A stretch of 64,000 bases of DNA, taken from Ranitomeya imitator. Its lineage: Eukaryota. The DNA lies in NCBI RefSeq assembly GCF_032444005.1, contig NC_091283.1:775620001-775684000 (forward strand), given 5' to 3'. How positions within the stretch are numbered: the first letter of the stretch is position 1; each line of letters opens with the position of its first letter. A program made the translations under genes and the position numbers. This document shows positions 62,729-64,000 of the stretch, piece after piece. The notes under the pieces were generated by a model. It was not told the origin of the DNA, searched no databases, and saw only the letters and a list, made by a program, of their open reading frames with translations.

Positions 62729-63682
62729 ATGGCAGATGTGACAACCTACATGGTGAGCTGCAGCATGTGCTACATGTTCACAGATCGACCAGAAGAAGAA
62801 TCCAATTTCACCTGTCAGAAGTGTAGGCTAGTGGCCCTTTTAGAAGAAAAGGTGCGGGGTCTGGAAGAAAGAATAGCAACTTTGAAACTCATCAAAGAGA
62901 ATGAAGACTTTCTAGACAGAACAGAAGCATCTCTACTGGTCACAGAAGGTGCAAAAAGTGTCAGAGAACCTCCAAAAGCAGATGAGTGGAAGCATGTGAC
63001 CAAAAGAAGCAAGAAGACCATGGAGAAATCACCAACCACACAACTGAAGAACCGATATCAAATCTTTGTAGAGGATGAAGATGGCACACCTAAGAATGAA
63101 GCAATACCAGCAAGCAAAAAAGAAAAGGGCACACAGCAACAAGTGACAGCAAAAAGTACAGCCAAGAAGCAACGAAGAGTGGTGGTGGTGGGAGACTCAC
63201 TACTGAGAGGCACCGAAGCAGCCATCTGCAGACCGGACATAACTGCAAGAGAAGTATGCTGCCTTCCAGGTGCGATGATCAAGGATGTGACCGATAGGAT
63301 ACCAAAGCTCTTCAGCTCCAAGGACGTCCACCCATTTCTTCTGATACATGTTGGCACCAATGACACGGCAAGGAAGGACCTACCGACAATCTGCAAGGAC
63401 TTTGAAGAGTTGGGGAAGAAAGTAAAGGAACTGGATGCACAAGTAGTTTTTTCTTCTATCCTTCCAGTAGACGGGCATGGCACCAGGAGATGGAACAGGA
63501 TCCTTGATGCAAACAACTGGCTAAGACGATGGTGCAGACAACAAGGATTTGGATTCCTGGACCACGGTGTGAATTACTGGTATGATGGACTCCTCGCCAG
63601 AGACGGACTACACCTCAACAAACCTGGGAAACACACATTCGCCAGAAGACTCGCTACACTCATCAGGAGGGCGTTAAACTAG
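62729..63682 (+). CDS. CR1 ORF1p: zinc finger, coiled coil, SGNH esterase-like domain (317 aa)
   Basis: CSMC...CQKC; leucine heptads; VVVGDSLLRG, IHVGTND and DGLHLN blocks. Confidence 0.9.
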   Translation: MADVTTYMVSCSMCYMFTDRPEEESNFTCQKCRLVALLEEKVRGLEERIATLKLIKENEDFLDRTEASLLVTEGAKSVREPPKADEWKHVTKRSKKTMEKSPTTQLKNRYQIFVEDEDGTPKNEAIPASKKEKGTQQQVTAKSTAKKQRRVVVVGDSLLRGTEAAICRPDITAREVCCLPGAMIKDVTDRIPKLFSSKDVHPFLLIHVGTNDTARKDLPTICKDFEELGKKVKELDAQVVFSSILPVDGHGTRRWNRILDANNWLRRWCRQQGFGFLDHGVNYWYDGLLARDGLHLNKPGKHTFARRLATLIRRALN

Positions 63683-63819
63683 AAGAAGAGGGGACGGGAA
63701 GAAAAACATTAGACTCGAACAAAGACGACCCAGGAAAACATACTCAGAAGGGAGGTAAGAACATTTCTAAAACAATCCACAGTGAGGAGATTGGAACAAA
63801 ACAAAATCCTCTAAACTGC

Positions 63820-64000
63820 ATGCTCGCAAACGCCAGAAGCCTGACAAACAAGATGGAAGAACTAGAAGCAGAAATATCTACAGGTAACTTTGACATAGTG
63901 GGAATAACCGAGACATGGTTAGATGAAAGCTATGACTGGGCAGTTAACTTACAGGGTTACAGTCTGTTTAGAAAGGATCGTAAAAATCGGAGAGGAGGAG
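63820..64000 (+). CDS. CR1 ORF2 N-terminus (APE endonuclease), partial
   Basis: MLANARSLTNK...DIVGITETW...GYSLFRKDR...RGG; the frame is already open upstream, overlapping the ORF1 stop. Confidence 0.88.
   Translation, partial: MLANARSLTNKMEELEAEISTGNFDIVGITETWLDESYDWAVNLQGYSLFRKDRKNRRGG

Larger units (their letters stand above)
51537..64000 (+). mobile_element. CR1 LINE 5' portion (continues beyond the window)
   Basis: Monomer array, then short UTR, then esterase-type ORF1, then APE ORF2. Confidence 0.85.

Overview
Repeat-saturated vertebrate DNA, most likely frog (inferred from the transposon families and SINE types). I found no supportable host protein-coding exon. The window is a stack of transposons and tandem repeats: a non-autonomous Helitron, Kolobok/T2-, Harbinger-, hAT- and piggyBac-type MITEs, four Tc1 copies, a rosa/DD41D-like mariner, a Sushi-like chromoviral Gypsy nested in a hAT element, solo LTRs, L2 fragments, tRNA-derived SINEs, an L1 lacking its EN/RT region, and several minisatellites. 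The dominant feature is a CR1 LINE with an intact ORF1 and the start of ORF2. Its 5' end is an 11-kb array of about 88 apparently identical 126-bp monomers, each carrying a perfect POU octamer (ATTTGCAT). Other notable items are a well-formed Penelope-type hammerhead ribozyme and a Helitron holding two inverted copies of its own flanking DNA.
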